From: Alphaproteobacteria bacterium
Lineage (GTDB): Bacteria > Pseudomonadota > Alphaproteobacteria > 16-39-46 > JAJRRM01
Reading direction: 5' to 3'
NCBI GenBank assembly: GCA_024279475.1
Contig: JAJRRM010000016.1
Location: forward strand, 627-64,626
Length of the DNA: 64,000 nucleotides
The notes below the pieces were generated by a model, which saw only the letters and a list, made by a program, of their open reading frames with translations, searched no databases and was not told the DNA's origin. Both the position numbers and the translations under genes were made by a program. Positions 39,840-52,586 of this stretch are shown here, in pieces; the first letter of the stretch is position 1, and the number at the start of each line of letters is the position of its first letter.

Positions 39840-41306
39840 TTATTCAAATATAAACGTAACAAAATTTATTAATCTATTTGGCCAAATAGCGTAGAAAATT
39901 ATAAAGAGCATGCATAAAAGACTCGGCACTCTAAAAAATATAAATGTCTTAAAATCAAACTCTAAGCACGTAAAATTTTTATCCTTAGGTTCATCAAAAT
40001 ACATAAATTTTATTAGCCTGAGATAATAGAAAGCTCCTAAGATACTGAAGAGCAAAGCCAGTACAGCATAGACTGTTAAATTTTCTCTCACTAACACTAT
40101 TACTACATACAACTTAGCAAAAAATCCTGCCAATGGAGGAATTCCAGCTAAAGAGAATAGGAATAACGCTAACATAAATGACATACCTGGAGCAATTTTT
40201 GAAAACCCCGCAAAATCATCCAAGTTTTCTAATTTTTTTCCAATATATTTTAACCTGTATTTTCCCTCCATTAATAAGGAGAAAAAGCCTAAAATCATCA
40301 CTACATAAATTATAAGATATACATATGCTTTTTCCAATCCCATATAATCCCCTCCAGCCATAGATAATGAAATGAATCCCATATGCGCAATAGTGCTAAA
40401 ACCTAGAAATCGTAAAAGATTATTTTGTGCCAAAGCAGATAAAGACCCTATAGCTATAGATAATAAACCCAAAACTAAAAAAAATAATTCCCACTGGTCA
40501 GACAGTGCTTTAAAAGGCCCTGTGAGAAGGTTTATAATAACCGTAACCCCTACAATTTTTGAAACGGTTGCTAACAAAGTCACTACCCAAATAGGAGCTC
40601 CCTGATAAATATCAGGAGGCCACATATGAAAAGGAACAAGCGATATTTTAAACACCAAGCCACTTAAAACTAAAGCCATTCCAATATAAATGATCGTTTT
40701 TTCTGAGCCCTCTACGCTTAAAATACTATTTAGTGCCTCATAAACTAATAAAAAATTTGTATCCCCTACAACGCCATATATAAAACTCACACCGTATAAA
40801 AACACGCCTGAGGCAACAGAACTTAACACAAAATATTTAACAGCTGCCTCTATAGCAGCTGGATCATCTTTTTTAAAAGCAAGAAGCACGTACAAAGAAA
40901 GTGCCTGTAATTCCATAGCTAGATATAAAGACAAGAAATCAAAAGCCTCTATCATTAAAAAACTACCTGCAAGCATGAATAAAAAAATAACAAAAAACTC
41001 TGCTCTAGCGAACAAATAATCCTTCCAAAAAAATGTTCCTCCTACAAGTGACAGAAGGACAATAGAAACAAATAAAATTAATAATTTAGAAGACATTACT
41101 AATTTTGTTACATTAAAAAAACCTCCTATATTACCAATAAATCTTTCTAGATCTCCTATAAAATATAGAAAAAGAGAAACTAATATACCCAGTGTTATAT
41201 AGGATAAAAGCTGCGCTATTCTTTTTTGATCACGAACAAAGCTCAAAAACAAATAGACAAAAGCTACTATTACAAAAGAGACTTCTGCAAAAATGGGTGC
41301 GCCCAT
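39840..41306 (-). CDS. nuoN: NADH-quinone oxidoreductase subunit N
   Basis: 488 aa and polytopic, with motif FHMWPPDIYQGAP. It is the last gene of the nuo operon. Confidence 0.9.
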   Translation of the reverse strand: MGAPIFAEVSFVIVAFVYLFLSFVRDQKRIAQLLSYITLGILVSLFLYFIGDLERFIGNIGGFFNVTKLVMSSKLLILFVSIVLLSLVGGTFFWKDYLFARAEFFVIFLFMLAGSFLMIEAFDFLSLYLAMELQALSLYVLLAFKKDDPAAIEAAVKYFVLSSVASGVFLYGVSFIYGVVGDTNFLLVYEALNSILSVEGSEKTIIYIGMALVLSGLVFKISLVPFHMWPPDIYQGAPIWVVTLLATVSKIVGVTVIINLLTGPFKALSDQWELFFLVLGLLSIAIGSLSALAQNNLLRFLGFSTIAHMGFISLSMAGGDYMGLEKAYVYLIIYVVMILGFFSLLMEGKYRLKYIGKKLENLDDFAGFSKIAPGMSFMLALFLFSLAGIPPLAGFFAKLYVVIVLVRENLTVYAVLALLFSILGAFYYLRLIKFMYFDEPKDKNFTCLEFDFKTFIFFRVPSLLCMLFIIFYAIWPNRLINFVTFIFE

Positions 41307-41330
41307 AAAAAATATCTCCTTTTCTTATAT

Positions 41331-42842
41331 CTACTTCACTTTTGAATTTAGCATAGTTGAAAATGTTGAAATCTCTGTTTTTTCTAAAATTACTTTTACT
41401 GCTGGCTCTATCAAATCGAGTATACATTGGGGAAAAAGGCCAAAAATAACAATGAGAACTGCTAATGCTGCTAGTATTGTTTGCTCACCATATGTTAAAT
41501 GTTTCAAAAATTTACATGTATCTTTTATAGACCCAAACAGTACTTTTTTATACAATAAAAGACCATACAATGCACTTAATATTACACTTACTCCCAACCC
41601 TAGAGCTGTCCATCCACTTACCTGATAGGCGCCTATAATAACAAGTAACTCTCCAACAAAGCCACTAGTTCCCGGAAACCCTATACTGCCTAATGTAAAA
41701 ATCATCATTAAAACAGCAAAGACTGGTAATATAGTTGCAACACCTCCATAAAATTCAAGTTCACGGCTATTAGTGCGTTCATATAAAATACCAACGCACA
41801 TAAATAAAGCAGCAGAAATTAAGCCATGGCTTAGCATCTGGAATATAGCTCCTTGCATGCCATAAATTGTAAATGTAAACAACCCTACTGTAACAAAGCC
41901 CATATGCGCTACAGAAGAATATGCAATTAGCTTTTTTATATCTTTCTGTACAAAAGCTATCATGGATGTATATACAACAGCTATACAGCTAAGAGTAAAA
42001 ATAAAGGTAGAAAAATATTGAGATGCTTCGGGCAAAATAGGTAGAGAAAGTCTAAAAAAACCATAACCTCCCATCTTTAATAATATACCTGCTAAAATGA
42101 TAGACCCTGCCATAGGAGCTTCAACATGAGCATCCGGCAACCATGTATGAAAAGGAAACATTGGTAATTTCACTGCAAAAGAGGCAAAGAAAGCAAGCCA
42201 TATCCAATATTGCATTTTCAATTCTATATTTTGACCATAAAGAGCGTAAATACTAGAAGTATTAAACTCAAGATATAAACAAACAATGCCAATAAGCATC
42301 AGAAGAGATCCCAGTAACGTATATAGAAAAAATTTCCAAGTAGCGTGTACTCGATGCTTACCTCCCCATATACCTATAATAAAAAACATTGGAAGTAACA
42401 CACCTTCAAAAAAAATATAAAATAAAAATAAATCCATAGCGCAAAAAGCACCTAATATAAATGTCTCTAGAACTAAAAAGGCTATGCAGTATTCTTTTAA
42501 TTTAAAAGTAATTTTTTTTATAGATATACATAGTGCTAAAAAAATAAGTAAAGAAGTTAATAAAATAAAGAGGATAGATACTCCATCTATTCCTATAGCA
42601 TATTGAATCCCCAAGCTAGGTAACCATGTTGCTTGTTCCATAAACTGAAATTTTTCTGAAGAAAAATCTGCTTTTAAAAAAAGAATTATAGCATATAAAA
42701 ATGTAGCTCCAGATGTAATAAGAGTAATATTACAAACATTTTTTTCATATGTTTTTTCTGACCGTGATAACGCTACAAAAAAAGCGCCTACCATCGGTAA
42801 AAAAATAAGCATAGTCAACAAAGGTAAATCACTATATAGCAT
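41331..42842 (-). CDS. nuoM: NADH-quinone oxidoreductase subunit M
   Basis: 503 aa and antiporter-like, with motif HTWLPDAHVEAP. Confidence 0.9.
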   Translation of the reverse strand: MLYSDLPLLTMLIFLPMVGAFFVALSRSEKTYEKNVCNITLITSGATFLYAIILFLKADFSSEKFQFMEQATWLPSLGIQYAIGIDGVSILFILLTSLLIFLALCISIKKITFKLKEYCIAFLVLETFILGAFCAMDLFLFYIFFEGVLLPMFFIIGIWGGKHRVHATWKFFLYTLLGSLLMLIGIVCLYLEFNTSSIYALYGQNIELKMQYWIWLAFFASFAVKLPMFPFHTWLPDAHVEAPMAGSIILAGILLKMGGYGFFRLSLPILPEASQYFSTFIFTLSCIAVVYTSMIAFVQKDIKKLIAYSSVAHMGFVTVGLFTFTIYGMQGAIFQMLSHGLISAALFMCVGILYERTNSRELEFYGGVATILPVFAVLMMIFTLGSIGFPGTSGFVGELLVIIGAYQVSGWTALGLGVSVILSALYGLLLYKKVLFGSIKDTCKFLKHLTYGEQTILAALAVLIVIFGLFPQCILDLIEPAVKVILEKTEISTFSTMLNSKVK

Positions 42843-42875
42843 TTTTTTTTCCGATTATCATTAATGTTCCCTATA

Positions 42876-44813
42876 CTAGATTAGAAAAATCCATAATATG
42901 CCTACAATACCTATCACAGCTCCTAATATATAGTGACACAAATAGCCCGTTTGTAACCGTGATAACAGTCTTCCAGCCTTTAAAATAATATAGCTTATAC
43001 CCTTTGGCCCTATTCCCTCTATAATGGTATCCTCTCCCTTTTTCCACAATATCATCGCTATTTTTTGGTATGGCCTACAAATAAAAAGCTCATAAAATTC
43101 ATCTATATACCATTTTTCAAAAAAGAATAGATGAATCTTATAGAGTTTTTTCTTAAAAACATCTCTCCAGATAAATTTTTCTTCGAATAACAGCCACCCA
43201 ACAATTATCCCTAAAAAACCTAAAACCACGGGTGGAATAAGATATATATATGGTATGTGGGGCACTTTTTCAATAAGTTTAAGTTGTGATGTCAAAACAA
43301 TAGACCTTCCCCAGAAATTTTGGGAATCATTTACAAATTCAACACTCAATATTCCACCTACAAAAATAGACCCTATAGCTAAAATAAATAGAGGGACAAG
43401 CATTACCATTGGTGATTCTTTAATATGTGCAATGATTTTTTCATGCGCCTTTATTTTTCCATGAAATACTAGCATCATAACGCGCATAGCATAAAGCGCT
43501 GTGAGAAAAATGGAAAAGAGAGCTCCATAGTAAATTATTTTTCCTAAAGTTCCACCATAAACCAAAACAATTTCCATAATTGCATCTTTAGAGTAGTACC
43601 CTGAAAAGAATGGAATTCCTATTAAAGCTAAAGTTCCTATCCACATTACCGCGTAAGTTTTAGGTATATACTTAAATAAACCTCCCATCTTCTTCATATT
43701 ATGCTCATCAGACATGGCCTGAATAATTGACCCTGCTCCTAAAAAGAGAAGAGCTTTAAAACAAGCATGTGTAACTAAATGAAAAATAGCTATAGCGTAA
43801 GCCTTCACACCTATTGAAAAAAACATAAATCCTAACTGGCTACAGGTAGAATAAGCAATAACCCTTTTTATATCATTTTGTACCACTGCTACAGTTCCTG
43901 CAAATATAGCGGTAATAAGACCTATAATAGCTATTATTTCCAGAGAAAAAGAAGCCGCTTCATACAAAGGGGAAAGTCTTACTAGCAAAAAAACTCCAGC
44001 CGTTACCATGGTAGCAGCGTGAATTAAAGCAGACGCTGGTGTAGGCCCTTCCATAGCATCAGGCAACCAGGTATGCAATCCAAATTGAGCAGATTTCCCC
44101 ATAGCCGCAAAAAATAATAACAAAGCTACAAGCATTAATGTATGAACTGACATATGAAGCACTACTATATTTTTTTCAGATACAAGTGGAATAGTTTCTA
44201 TAATAACTTTAAAATCTATTGATTCAAATAAATAAAAACATGCTGCTATACCGAGTAAAAAACCAAGGTCACCAATTCGGTTAACAACAAAGGCCTTCAT
44301 AGCAGCATTGTTTGCTTTCTCCTTATGATACCAATATCCTATTAAAAGATAGGAACAAAACCCCACACCTTCCCATCCAAAAAACAGCTGGATTAAATTT
44401 GGTGAAGCTACTAAAAAGAGCATAAAGAAAGTAAACAACCCCATGTAGCTCATAAATTTATCTAGTGTTTTATCCTTTTTCATATATCCAATTGAATAAA
44501 GATGAACCAGCGCTGATATAGTTGTTATCATAATAACCATAACAACTGTTAACATATCAAATCTTAGAGCAAAATTTACAGTTAGAAAGCCAATATCTAT
44601 CCACTGCCATAAATGTATCTGTATTTCTGCAACATTCTTTATGTAAAAATTAACTCCTACATACCAGCCAAAAAATGCAGCTAAAAACAAGAAAGCAGTT
44701 GCATGGATAGCAACTACTTTTCCAAGCACAAAACGGCCTATTATTATCGTATATATAGAACTTATAAGAGGCAAGAAAACACTTAAAAATACAGCTACAT
44801 TAAGAAATGTCAT
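42876..44813 (-). CDS. nuoL: NADH-quinone oxidoreductase subunit L
   Basis: Motifs are [15 protein letters not shown] and [13 protein letters not shown]. The start is set at the ATG at 44813 ([10 protein letters not shown]), which is preceded by AAGGAAG 5 nt upstream. The tracked ORF start at 44843 lies inside the nuoK tandem repeat. Confidence 0.9.
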   Translation of the reverse strand: MTFLNVAVFLSVFLPLISSIYTIIIGRFVLGKVVAIHATAFLFLAAFFGWYVGVNFYIKNVAEIQIHLWQWIDIGFLTVNFALRFDMLTVVMVIMITTISALVHLYSIGYMKKDKTLDKFMSYMGLFTFFMLFLVASPNLIQLFFGWEGVGFCSYLLIGYWYHKEKANNAAMKAFVVNRIGDLGFLLGIAACFYLFESIDFKVIIETIPLVSEKNIVVLHMSVHTLMLVALLLFFAAMGKSAQFGLHTWLPDAMEGPTPASALIHAATMVTAGVFLLVRLSPLYEAASFSLEIIAIIGLITAIFAGTVAVVQNDIKRVIAYSTCSQLGFMFFSIGVKAYAIAIFHLVTHACFKALLFLGAGSIIQAMSDEHNMKKMGGLFKYIPKTYAVMWIGTLALIGIPFFSGYYSKDAIMEIVLVYGGTLGKIIYYGALFSIFLTALYAMRVMMLVFHGKIKAHEKIIAHIKESPMVMLVPLFILAIGSIFVGGILSVEFVNDSQNFWGRSIVLTSQLKLIEKVPHIPYIYLIPPVVLGFLGIIVGWLLFEEKFIWRDVFKKKLYKIHLFFFEKWYIDEFYELFICRPYQKIAMILWKKGEDTIIEGIGPKGISYIILKAGRLLSRLQTGYLCHYILGAVIGIVGILWIFLI

Positions 44814-45168
44814 GTATGCTTCCTTTACCTTTTGGAGCATCATCTACAAGGGTGGTTGCATCATCTACAAGGGTGGTTGCATCATCTACAAGAATAGAAC
44901 CTCTATTTCGAAAATAAACAACTATTATAGAAAGTCCTATAGCTATCTCTGCTGCAGAAATAGTCAAAATAAATACCGTAAATATTTGGCCTCTTATACC
45001 TAAAAAAGCTGAAGAGAATGCTACAAAATTAATATTAACAGCTAATAAAAGTAACTCCAAACATACCAATAAATGTATTAAACTTTTTCTATTAATAATC
45101 ATACCCAGCAAAGAAAGATAAAATAATATAGCTCCTATAAAAACATAATGATAAGTTCCTATGCTCAC
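44800..45168 (-). CDS. nuoK: NADH-quinone oxidoreductase subunit K with a repeat-extended C-terminal tail
   Basis: 122 aa with three TM helices and [16 protein letters not shown]. The tail is [29 protein letters not shown]. The position between nuoJ and nuoL supports the call. Confidence 0.9.
   Translation of the reverse strand: MSIGTYHYVFIGAILFYLSLLGMIINRKSLIHLLVCLELLLLAVNINFVAFSSAFLGIRGQIFTVFILTISAAEIAIGLSIIVVYFRNRGSILVDDATTLVDDATTLVDDAPKGKGSIHDIS
44837..44892. repeat. Perfect 21-bp tandem repeat, 2.7 copies, in frame within the nuoK 3' end
   Basis: The plus-strand unit GCATCATCTACAAGGGTGGTT occurs at 44837-44857 and 44858-44878. The first 14 nt recur at 44879-44892. Confidence 0.95.
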
Positions 45169-45797
45169 TGTACACCCTCCCCTATTTTTGGACTTGTTAA
45201 AATAAGAGAATTTTCTTTTGTACGATATAACTGTTTGGAGGTCACCTGTCGTCGAACCCCCGCTCTTTTCCTAAGCGTTAATACAATGGACCCTATCATT
45301 GCCACAAATAGAATAAGTCCTGCTATTTGGAAAGGGTAAAAATACTCTGTGTACAATACTTGCCCTATCATTTCTGTGTTAGACACAGTTTCATTCTCTA
45401 CAACCCTATTAATACATTCTTTTCCTGAAAATTTTCCCCAATTCCTCGTTAGAAAAAAAATCTCTATGCCAACAATACCTGAAATAAAAATAGCCGTATA
45501 TTTCAATTGTCTATTTATTGTACACAATGGACGATTTCTTATGTTAAGCATCATTACTACAAATAAAAACAAAACAGCTACTGCTCCCACATAAACAATC
45601 ACCATAAGAAAAGCAATAAACTCTGCCCCTAGTAAAATAAATAGTCCTGCGGCATTTATAAAGGTCACTATAAGAAATAAAACGCTGTATACAGGATTTC
45701 TAACAGAAATAACAGCCACAGCAGACAAAATAATTACACCACTAAACATGTAAAACATACAATTTGAAAAACTAAGACTGTTAAAAAACTCGATCAT
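45165..45797 (-). CDS. nuoJ: NADH-quinone oxidoreductase subunit J
   Basis: 210 aa and hydrophobic. It sits between nuoI and nuoK and overlaps nuoK by 4 nt. Confidence 0.85.
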   Translation of the reverse strand: MIEFFNSLSFSNCMFYMFSGVIILSAVAVISVRNPVYSVLFLIVTFINAAGLFILLGAEFIAFLMVIVYVGAVAVLFLFVVMMLNIRNRPLCTINRQLKYTAIFISGIVGIEIFFLTRNWGKFSGKECINRVVENETVSNTEMIGQVLYTEYFYPFQIAGLILFVAMIGSIVLTLRKRAGVRRQVTSKQLYRTKENSLILTSPKIGEGVQ

Positions 45798-45852
45798 TTT
45801 TTGTTATTCACCCTTTTTTCTATTATAACTAGCACTCTGTACAACCCTTACT

Positions 45853-46341
45853 TTATATTTTCTCTTCTTGTTCGATACGTATCTTTAAGGCCGATTCCCA
45901 CCTATCACCATTACTTAATAACTTTTCTTTGTTATATAAAAGCTCTTCGTGCGTTTCAACAGAAAATTCAAAATTTGGCCCCTCCACAATAGCATCCACA
46001 GGACATGCTTCCTGACAAAACCCACAATAAATACATTTCGTCATATCAATATCATATTGTGTAGCTCGCCTGCTACCATCCTCACACATCTCTGCTTTAA
46101 TAGTAATAGCCTGGGCTGGGCAAACAGCTTCACATAGCTTACAAGCTATACATCTTTCTTCACCATTGGGGTAACGACGTAATGCATGTTCTCCCCGAAA
46201 TCGAGAACTTAATGGTCCTTTTTGGTTAGGATACATCAACGTTACTTTCCGCTTAAAAAAATATTTAAGAGTTATCCAAAGCCCATAAATTAGTTCATAA
46301 AGAGAAAATCTTGCAGCAATTTTTTTAAAATTTATTTTCAT
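45853..46341 (-). CDS. nuoI: NADH-quinone oxidoreductase subunit I
   Basis: 162 aa with two 4Fe-4S ferredoxin motifs, [12 protein letters not shown] and [12 protein letters not shown]. Confidence 0.95.
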   Translation of the reverse strand: MKINFKKIAARFSLYELIYGLWITLKYFFKRKVTLMYPNQKGPLSSRFRGEHALRRYPNGEERCIACKLCEAVCPAQAITIKAEMCEDGSRRATQYDIDMTKCIYCGFCQEACPVDAIVEGPNFEFSVETHEELLYNKEKLLSNGDRWESALKIRIEQEEKI

Positions 46342-46357
46342 TTTTTTAGGGAACTCT

Positions 46358-47416
46358 CTACTCTTTTACCTCTATAAGGTAGGTTATAATATCATTATAT
46401 TTTATAACTATAGCAGTTAAAATAACCCATCCTAATGTGATTGGTAAAAATACTTTCCAGCCAAGACGCATTAGTTGGTCATATCTATATCGTGGAAATG
46501 TTGCTCTTATCCAAATAAATAAAAAAAGTAGAGAAGCTATTTTAAGAGAAAACCACATAGGGCCTGATACCCAAGAAAAAATTGAGCAGTCAATCAATGG
46601 CAACCACCCACCAAGAAATAAAATAGTAGATATAGCACTCATGAGAATCATGTTGGCATATTCTCCTAGAAAAAAAAGAGCAAATGGCATAGAAGAATAT
46701 TCAACATTATATCCCGCTACTAATTCAGTTTCTGCCTCAGGCAAGTCAAATGGTGCTCTATTTGTTTCTGCAAGAATAGATACAAAAAAAATAACAAATA
46801 TAGGAAAGTGCGGTAAAATAAACCACATATTTTTCTGAGCTAAAACAATCTCTGTCAGGTTCATACTCCCTGTCGTTAAAATAATTGAGACAATAACTAA
46901 ACCCATAGATACTTCATAGGAAATCATCTGAGCTGCAGAGCGCATAGCTCCTAAAAAAGCATAACGGGAATTGCTTGCCCAACCAGCAATAATAATGCCA
47001 TAAACTCCTAAAGAAGAAATAGCTAGCAAATATAATATCCCCACATTAATGTTAGAAAACACCAGATGTATATCAAAAGGAATAACTACCCAAGCAGATA
47101 AACTAAGAAAAAAAGTCAAAAGAGGTGCTATCAAAAAGAGTTTTTTATTAGCTCGTGATGGTAGTATTATTTCTTTGTTCAGTAATTTTATAGCATCTGC
47201 TATGGGTTGTAACAATCCAAAAGGGCCTACAACATTTGGGCCTTTTCGTAATTGCATTGCCGCTATAATTTTTCGCTCAGCGTAAGTTAAATAAGCAACT
47301 GATAAAATAAGAATCAGAATAAAAATAATCATAAAAGAAAGTAATACAAAAACAGATGGCAGCCATGAAATAGATGCTTCCCAGTCAGAATAATACGCAA
47401 GGATAGCTTTAAGCAT
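46358..47416 (-). CDS. nuoH: NADH-quinone oxidoreductase subunit H
   Basis: Motif [17 protein letters not shown]. The start is set at Met28 of the tracked ORF (47416), giving an 8-nt ATGCTTAA overlap with the nuoG stop. The 27-codon upstream extension lies inside nuoG. Confidence 0.9.
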   Translation of the reverse strand: MLKAILAYYSDWEASISWLPSVFVLLSFMIIFILILILSVAYLTYAERKIIAAMQLRKGPNVVGPFGLLQPIADAIKLLNKEIILPSRANKKLFLIAPLLTFFLSLSAWVVIPFDIHLVFSNINVGILYLLAISSLGVYGIIIAGWASNSRYAFLGAMRSAAQMISYEVSMGLVIVSIILTTGSMNLTEIVLAQKNMWFILPHFPIFVIFFVSILAETNRAPFDLPEAETELVAGYNVEYSSMPFALFFLGEYANMILMSAISTILFLGGWLPLIDCSIFSWVSGPMWFSLKIASLLFLFIWIRATFPRYRYDQLMRLGWKVFLPITLGWVILTAIVIKYNDIITYLIEVKE

Positions 47417-49508
47417 GCCTATTTTTCTCCTTTTCTGATTTTTTATCAAAAGCTTCTGTACATAGTGCCATTGTTTTTGAATGACGAGAGATAACATCTG
47501 TCATATAAAAATTATTTATAGAAGACTTAAGTGGATCTGGTAAAAATATTAAATTCTGGAAGTCTGCTTCTTTTTTTTTAGAGGATTTTATATAGTTAGT
47601 AACTTTATGATTACCTTCTTTAAATATAGAGTTAGCCTGGCTCATACATTCTCTCAGATCAACCAATGTATCATAAGGTAAAGTTTTTCCTATCACTTCT
47701 GATAGATTTCTTAGAATCCTCCAGTCTTCTTTTGCTTCACCTGGTGCCCAAACAGCCTTAAAAGCCCTCTGAACACACCCCTCTGTATTTACATAGGTTC
47801 CATCTTTTTCTGTATAGGCTACTCCTGGTAAAATTAAGTCTGCTAGGTGTGCACCTTTATCTCCATGATGTCCTTGATAAATAACAAACGTATTTTTTAC
47901 ATCATTTTGAGTTAGAGGAATATCATCCGCTCCAAGTAAATAAAGAACTTTTATTTTTCCAGATTTAACAGCTTGGTAAATCTCTGCTGCATCTAAAGCA
48001 TTATTCTCTGGTACAAAAGATAAATCTAAAGCCCCAACAATTGATGCTTTAGTATGCAAAATATTAAAATTATTTTTAGTCTCCATAACAACATCATATT
48101 TATGGGCTATAGCACGGCATAAGTTGTAGATATTTTGGCTATCTTTCCGAGTCAAAGCCCCCATACCTATTACTATCATAGGGTTTTTTGCTTTTTCAAA
48201 TTTTTTAATAAAAGGATGTATCCCCTCATAAATATCCTGCAAACTTTGAGCTGTATCGCCCAAATGATCACACGGAAAAGTTAAGTCACATGCCTCACCA
48301 ATTAACCCCGCCAATAACCCTTTTTTTAAATAGCGTTTACGCCACCGAGCATTTATTAAAGGGGCTTCTATACGTGGATTTGTTCCAACAAATAAAACAG
48401 CATCACTTTCTTCAATCCCATCAATTGTTGTATTAAAAAGATACTTTTCTCGAGAACTTCTCTCTATAAATTCCCCTTCTAATCGGCAATCCATATTTTG
48501 ACAATCTATATTTTTTAGAAGTTCTCTAAAAGAGAAAATGCTCTCACATTCCATAAGAGGTCCTACTAAACCCGCTATTTCTTTTCCTTCTCTCTTTTTT
48601 ATCTGACAGGAAGCCTCCTCCAAAGCCTCTTCCCAAGTGCATGTTTGCAGTTGCCCTTTTAACTTTTTATAAGGGCTATCTAACCTTTGAGACTGAAGAC
48701 CATCATAGGAGAAACGTACTTTATCAGAAATCCATTCTTCATTAATAAATTCATTAGAACGAGGCAATATACGCATTATACAACCTTCCCTACTACCTAC
48801 AGATATATTTGATCCTACTGCATCATGTACATCTATAGATTGGGTATTCTTTAGTTCCCACGAACGTCCCTGAAATGCATAAGGCTTTGATGTTAAAGCG
48901 CCTACAGGACAGATATCGATCATATTTCCTGACAATTCTGACGTCAGCTCCTTTTCTATATACGTTGTAATTTCCATATCTTCACCACGCCCTACAGAAC
49001 CTAGCTCTGGCGTTCCCGCAATTTCATTGCTAAATCGTATACATCGCGTACAGTGAATACATCGTGTCATCACAGTCTTAATAAGCGGTCCTATATTTTT
49101 ATCTTCCACCGCTCTTTTGCTTTCCTCATAACGTGAAACATCTGGTCCATAAGAAAAAGTTATATCTTGGAGATCACATTCTCCTCCTTGATCACAAATA
49201 GGACAGTCTAAGGGGTGGTTTATTAATAAGAATTCGAGGACCCCTTTACGAGCTTTTTTTACTATATCTGTGTTAGTTCTAATAGCCATGCCCTCTACTG
49301 CTTGTACAGCACAAGAAGCAATTAGCTTAGATGCTTTATCCACCTCCACCAAGCACATACGGCAATTTCCTGCAATAGAAAGCTTTGGGTGATAACAGAA
49401 AATAGGAATTTCTATCTCTGCTTTTTCACAAGCTTGCAAAACTGTTAACCCAGCATTAATTTCAATTTCTTTATCATTAACAGTGAGCTTTATTTTATCC
49501 ATGCTCAA
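47409..49508 (-). CDS. nuoG: NADH-quinone oxidoreductase subunit G
   Basis: 699 aa with a 2Fe-2S/4Fe-4S N-terminus: [33 protein letters not shown] and [10 protein letters not shown]. Confidence 0.95.
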   Translation of the reverse strand: MSMDKIKLTVNDKEIEINAGLTVLQACEKAEIEIPIFCYHPKLSIAGNCRMCLVEVDKASKLIASCAVQAVEGMAIRTNTDIVKKARKGVLEFLLINHPLDCPICDQGGECDLQDITFSYGPDVSRYEESKRAVEDKNIGPLIKTVMTRCIHCTRCIRFSNEIAGTPELGSVGRGEDMEITTYIEKELTSELSGNMIDICPVGALTSKPYAFQGRSWELKNTQSIDVHDAVGSNISVGSREGCIMRILPRSNEFINEEWISDKVRFSYDGLQSQRLDSPYKKLKGQLQTCTWEEALEEASCQIKKREGKEIAGLVGPLMECESIFSFRELLKNIDCQNMDCRLEGEFIERSSREKYLFNTTIDGIEESDAVLFVGTNPRIEAPLINARWRKRYLKKGLLAGLIGEACDLTFPCDHLGDTAQSLQDIYEGIHPFIKKFEKAKNPMIVIGMGALTRKDSQNIYNLCRAIAHKYDVVMETKNNFNILHTKASIVGALDLSFVPENNALDAAEIYQAVKSGKIKVLYLLGADDIPLTQNDVKNTFVIYQGHHGDKGAHLADLILPGVAYTEKDGTYVNTEGCVQRAFKAVWAPGEAKEDWRILRNLSEVIGKTLPYDTLVDLRECMSQANSIFKEGNHKVTNYIKSSKKKEADFQNLIFLPDPLKSSINNFYMTDVISRHSKTMALCTEAFDKKSEKEKNRHA

Positions 49509-50782
49509 GCTGCTCCTTTATTCCTATTTTGCATTCTTTCCACCATCAATGGTTTGAAATGACGAATCAATCCTTGTATAGGCCAAGCTGCTGCTGCCCC
49601 TAGTCCACAAATCGTATAGCCTTCAATTTGATAGGTAATTTCTTCTAGACGATCAATATCCGCCTCTTCAGTCTCACCTTTAACCATACGTTCCATCATA
49701 CGCCAGATCCAACCAGTCCCTTCACGACAAGGAGAACATTGGCCACAGCTCTCATGCATATAAAACTTTGCTAATCGTGCAATCATTTTAATTAAATCTG
49801 TAGATTTATCCATAACTATAACAGCTGCTGTACCAAAATTTGAATTATGTGAGCACAAGCTATCAAAATTCATCAACACCGTATCACACACAGACTTTGG
49901 TATTAAAGGAACAGAAGATCCCCCTGGAATAACTGCTAATAAATTATCCCAGCCACCTCGCACACCCCCTGCATGTTTTTCAATCAACATCTTAAGAGGT
50001 ATGCCCATTTCTTCTTCCACATTACATGGATTATTTACATGACCTGAAACACAAAAAATTTTTGTGCCAGTATTATTAATTGTTCCCAAAGAGGAAAACC
50101 ATTCTCCCCCACGACGAAGAATTTCTGGAATTACTGCGATAGTTTCTACATTATTAATAATTGTAGGACATCCATACAAACCACATTCAGTTGGAAACGG
50201 GGGCTTTAACCGGGGGAAACCCTTTCCCCCCTCAAGGCTACTAATCAACGCTGTTTCTTCACCGCAAATATAGGCGCCAGCACCACGGTGTAAGTATATA
50301 TCAAGACTATACCCAGATTTAGCAGCATCCTTCCCTAACAATCCTGCAGCATATGCTTCATCAATAGCTTTTTGTAGTATTTTTTCTTCACGAAAAAACT
50401 CCCCCCGAATATAGATATAAGCCACCTTAGCACCTATAGCTACACTAGCTAATAAAGTACCTTCAATAAGCTTTTGTGGTTCATGACGAATAATATCACG
50501 ATCTTTACATGTTCCCGGCTCACTTTCATCTGCATTAACTATCAAGTATGAGGGCAGCTTCCTGCTATTTTTTATAAACGACCACTTCATCCCTGTTGAA
50601 AATCCGGCACCACCACGCCCACGCAATCCAGATTTTTTAATCTCTCTTACAATCCACGCTGATCCTTTTTTAATTAGCTGATCCGTTCCTTCCCAATCAC
50701 CACGTTCCATGGAAGATTTCAAGGTAGTAGATTCTTCTCCATGAAGGTTTGTAAAAATTCTATCTTTTTTTTCTAAAGTCAT
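49505..50782 (-). CDS. nuoF: NADH-quinone oxidoreductase subunit F
   Basis: 425 aa with motifs [32 protein letters not shown] and [12 protein letters not shown]. Confidence 0.95.
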   Translation of the reverse strand: MTLEKKDRIFTNLHGEESTTLKSSMERGDWEGTDQLIKKGSAWIVREIKKSGLRGRGGAGFSTGMKWSFIKNSRKLPSYLIVNADESEPGTCKDRDIIRHEPQKLIEGTLLASVAIGAKVAYIYIRGEFFREEKILQKAIDEAYAAGLLGKDAAKSGYSLDIYLHRGAGAYICGEETALISSLEGGKGFPRLKPPFPTECGLYGCPTIINNVETIAVIPEILRRGGEWFSSLGTINNTGTKIFCVSGHVNNPCNVEEEMGIPLKMLIEKHAGGVRGGWDNLLAVIPGGSSVPLIPKSVCDTVLMNFDSLCSHNSNFGTAAVIVMDKSTDLIKMIARLAKFYMHESCGQCSPCREGTGWIWRMMERMVKGETEEADIDRLEEITYQIEGYTICGLGAAAAWPIQGLIRHFKPLMVERMQNRNKGAA

Positions 50783-50807
50783 CTAGGCACATTCCTTATA
50801 AAAATCC

Positions 50808-51347
50808 TTATTTTTCTTTCACAGGATTTTTTTCTTTCATGTTTCTTAAAATTTTTTCTACTTCTTTCACTGTAATATTCTCATAAAATTCACCATTTAT
50901 TTGCATAACTGGCGCATTTACACAAGCTCCCAAACACTCAGCTTCCAAAAGCGTAAAATCACCATTTCCTGTCATTTCACTAATATCTATACCTAGGTTT
51001 TTTTTACATGCTAACAAAATTTTATCACTACCACGCAACCAACAAGAGGTCATTGTACAAACCTGAACTATGTTCTTACCCATGGGTTGTAAATAAAACA
51101 TCGTATAAAAAGTTGCAACTTCATACACTTGAATAGGTGGAATGCCCAAAATACTTGCCACACAATCCATAGATGGGACACTTAGGTGCCCACCATTTTG
51201 TTCCTGCGCTATATACAATAGCGACAAGATAGAACTCTTCTGCTTTCCTTTTGGATATTTTTTTATAATAGCCGCAATTTTAATAGTATTTGTTTTAGTA
51301 AACTGAAAGACTTTTTCACAGACAGATTTTTTTTGAGCACGAATCAT
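50808..51347 (-). CDS. nuoE: NADH-quinone oxidoreductase subunit E
   Basis: 179 aa with motifs [11 protein letters not shown] and CLGACVNAP. Confidence 0.9.
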   Translation of the reverse strand: MIRAQKKSVCEKVFQFTKTNTIKIAAIIKKYPKGKQKSSILSLLYIAQEQNGGHLSVPSMDCVASILGIPPIQVYEVATFYTMFYLQPMGKNIVQVCTMTSCWLRGSDKILLACKKNLGIDISEMTGNGDFTLLEAECLGACVNAPVMQINGEFYENITVKEVEKILRNMKEKNPVKEK

Positions 51348-52579
51348 CTATCAATCTCCCCAAATACAATGTCTAATGAACCTAAAATAGCTACAGTATC
51401 CGATAAAAAATGTCCTTTACTCAAGTAATTTATAGCTTGTAAAGAAGCAAACCCTGGAGACCTTATCTTACACCTATAGGGTCTGTTTGTACCATCTGCA
51501 ACTAAATATATGCCAAATTCTCCCTTTGGAGATTCAACCGTTGAATATATTTGTCCTTCTGGAACATGGTACCCTTCTGTATATAGTTTAAAATGATGAA
51601 TCATAGCTTCCATACTCTGCTTCATTTCTTTTCTAGATGGCGGTGTTATCTTACAATTTTCCAACATAACTGGCCCATGTATTGGCATTTTATTCAAACA
51701 CTGTTCTATAAGTTTTAAAGATTGCCGCATCTCTTCCATACGTACTAAATAACGATCATAGCAATCACCTTTTTTCCCAATAGGCACCTCAAAAGAAAGT
51801 TTATCGTACACTTCATACGGCTGAGACTTACGCAAATCCCAAGGTACACCTGATGCTCTTAAGTTTGGTCCTGAAAATCCAAAGCTTAGGGCTTTATCTG
51901 TGGACATAATACCTATATCCACCGTACGTTGCTTAAAAATACGATTTTCTGTGAGAAGGCTTTCTATATCATCCAAAACCTTAGGAAAATTATTACAAAA
52001 CTCTCCTATATCTTCTGCCAACCCTTTAGGCATGTCTCGGTAAACACCGCCTGGCCTTATATATGCAGCATGCAATCGAGCTCCAGAAACGCGTTCATAA
52101 AACCCCATAAGGATTTCTCTTTGCTCAAACCCCCACAAAAATGGGGTCATAGCCCCTACATCTAGAGCATACGTCGTAATATTCAACAAGTGGTTTAATA
52201 TACGTGTTATTTCAGAAAATAATACTCTTATATACTGAGCTTTTAGTGGAACTTGAATATTTAGTAACTGTTCTACAGCTCGGGAAAATCCGTGCTCCTG
52301 AGACATCGGTGAGACATAGTCTAATCTGTCAAAATAAGGTAGGGCTTGTAAATATGTTTTATGCTCAATTAGCTTTTCTGTACCACGATGCAAAAAGCCA
52401 ATATGAGGATCAGCACGTTCAATAATCTCTCCATCTAATTCCATTACCATACGCAACACCCCATGAGCTGCTGGATGCTGCGGACCAAAATTCATAGTAT
52501 AATTCTGAATTTTTTTATCACTCTTGTATGCCGTATCGGTGATAATTTCTTCATTATATTGCTTAGATTTTTTTTCCAT
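51344..52579 (-). CDS. nuoD: NADH-quinone oxidoreductase subunit D
   Basis: 411 aa with motif [14 protein letters not shown]. Confidence 0.95.
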   Translation of the reverse strand: MEKKSKQYNEEIITDTAYKSDKKIQNYTMNFGPQHPAAHGVLRMVMELDGEIIERADPHIGFLHRGTEKLIEHKTYLQALPYFDRLDYVSPMSQEHGFSRAVEQLLNIQVPLKAQYIRVLFSEITRILNHLLNITTYALDVGAMTPFLWGFEQREILMGFYERVSGARLHAAYIRPGGVYRDMPKGLAEDIGEFCNNFPKVLDDIESLLTENRIFKQRTVDIGIMSTDKALSFGFSGPNLRASGVPWDLRKSQPYEVYDKLSFEVPIGKKGDCYDRYLVRMEEMRQSLKLIEQCLNKMPIHGPVMLENCKITPPSRKEMKQSMEAMIHHFKLYTEGYHVPEGQIYSTVESPKGEFGIYLVADGTNRPYRCKIRSPGFASLQAINYLSKGHFLSDTVAILGSLDIVFGEIDR

Positions 52580-52586
52580 TTATCTA

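Noticed and set aside
44814-44843. Longer N-termini in the ORF track for nuoL (to 44843), nuoH (to 47497) and rsmI (to 35770)
   Set aside because: The extensions lie inside the upstream gene or the tandem repeat and lack family-like sequence. Internal ATGs at 44813, 47416 and 35677 give canonical N-termini; 44813 is preceded by an SD and 47416 gives the typical short overlap with nuoG.
46437-46838. 133-aa plus-strand ORF, and similar antisense ORFs at 55116-55448, 41293-41625, 6180-6518, 5756-6070, 60123-60446 and 25600-25881
   Set aside because: All are embedded antisense in confidently identified genes (nuoH, MFS, nuoM/N, alaS, dnaE, typA). None has recognisable motifs.
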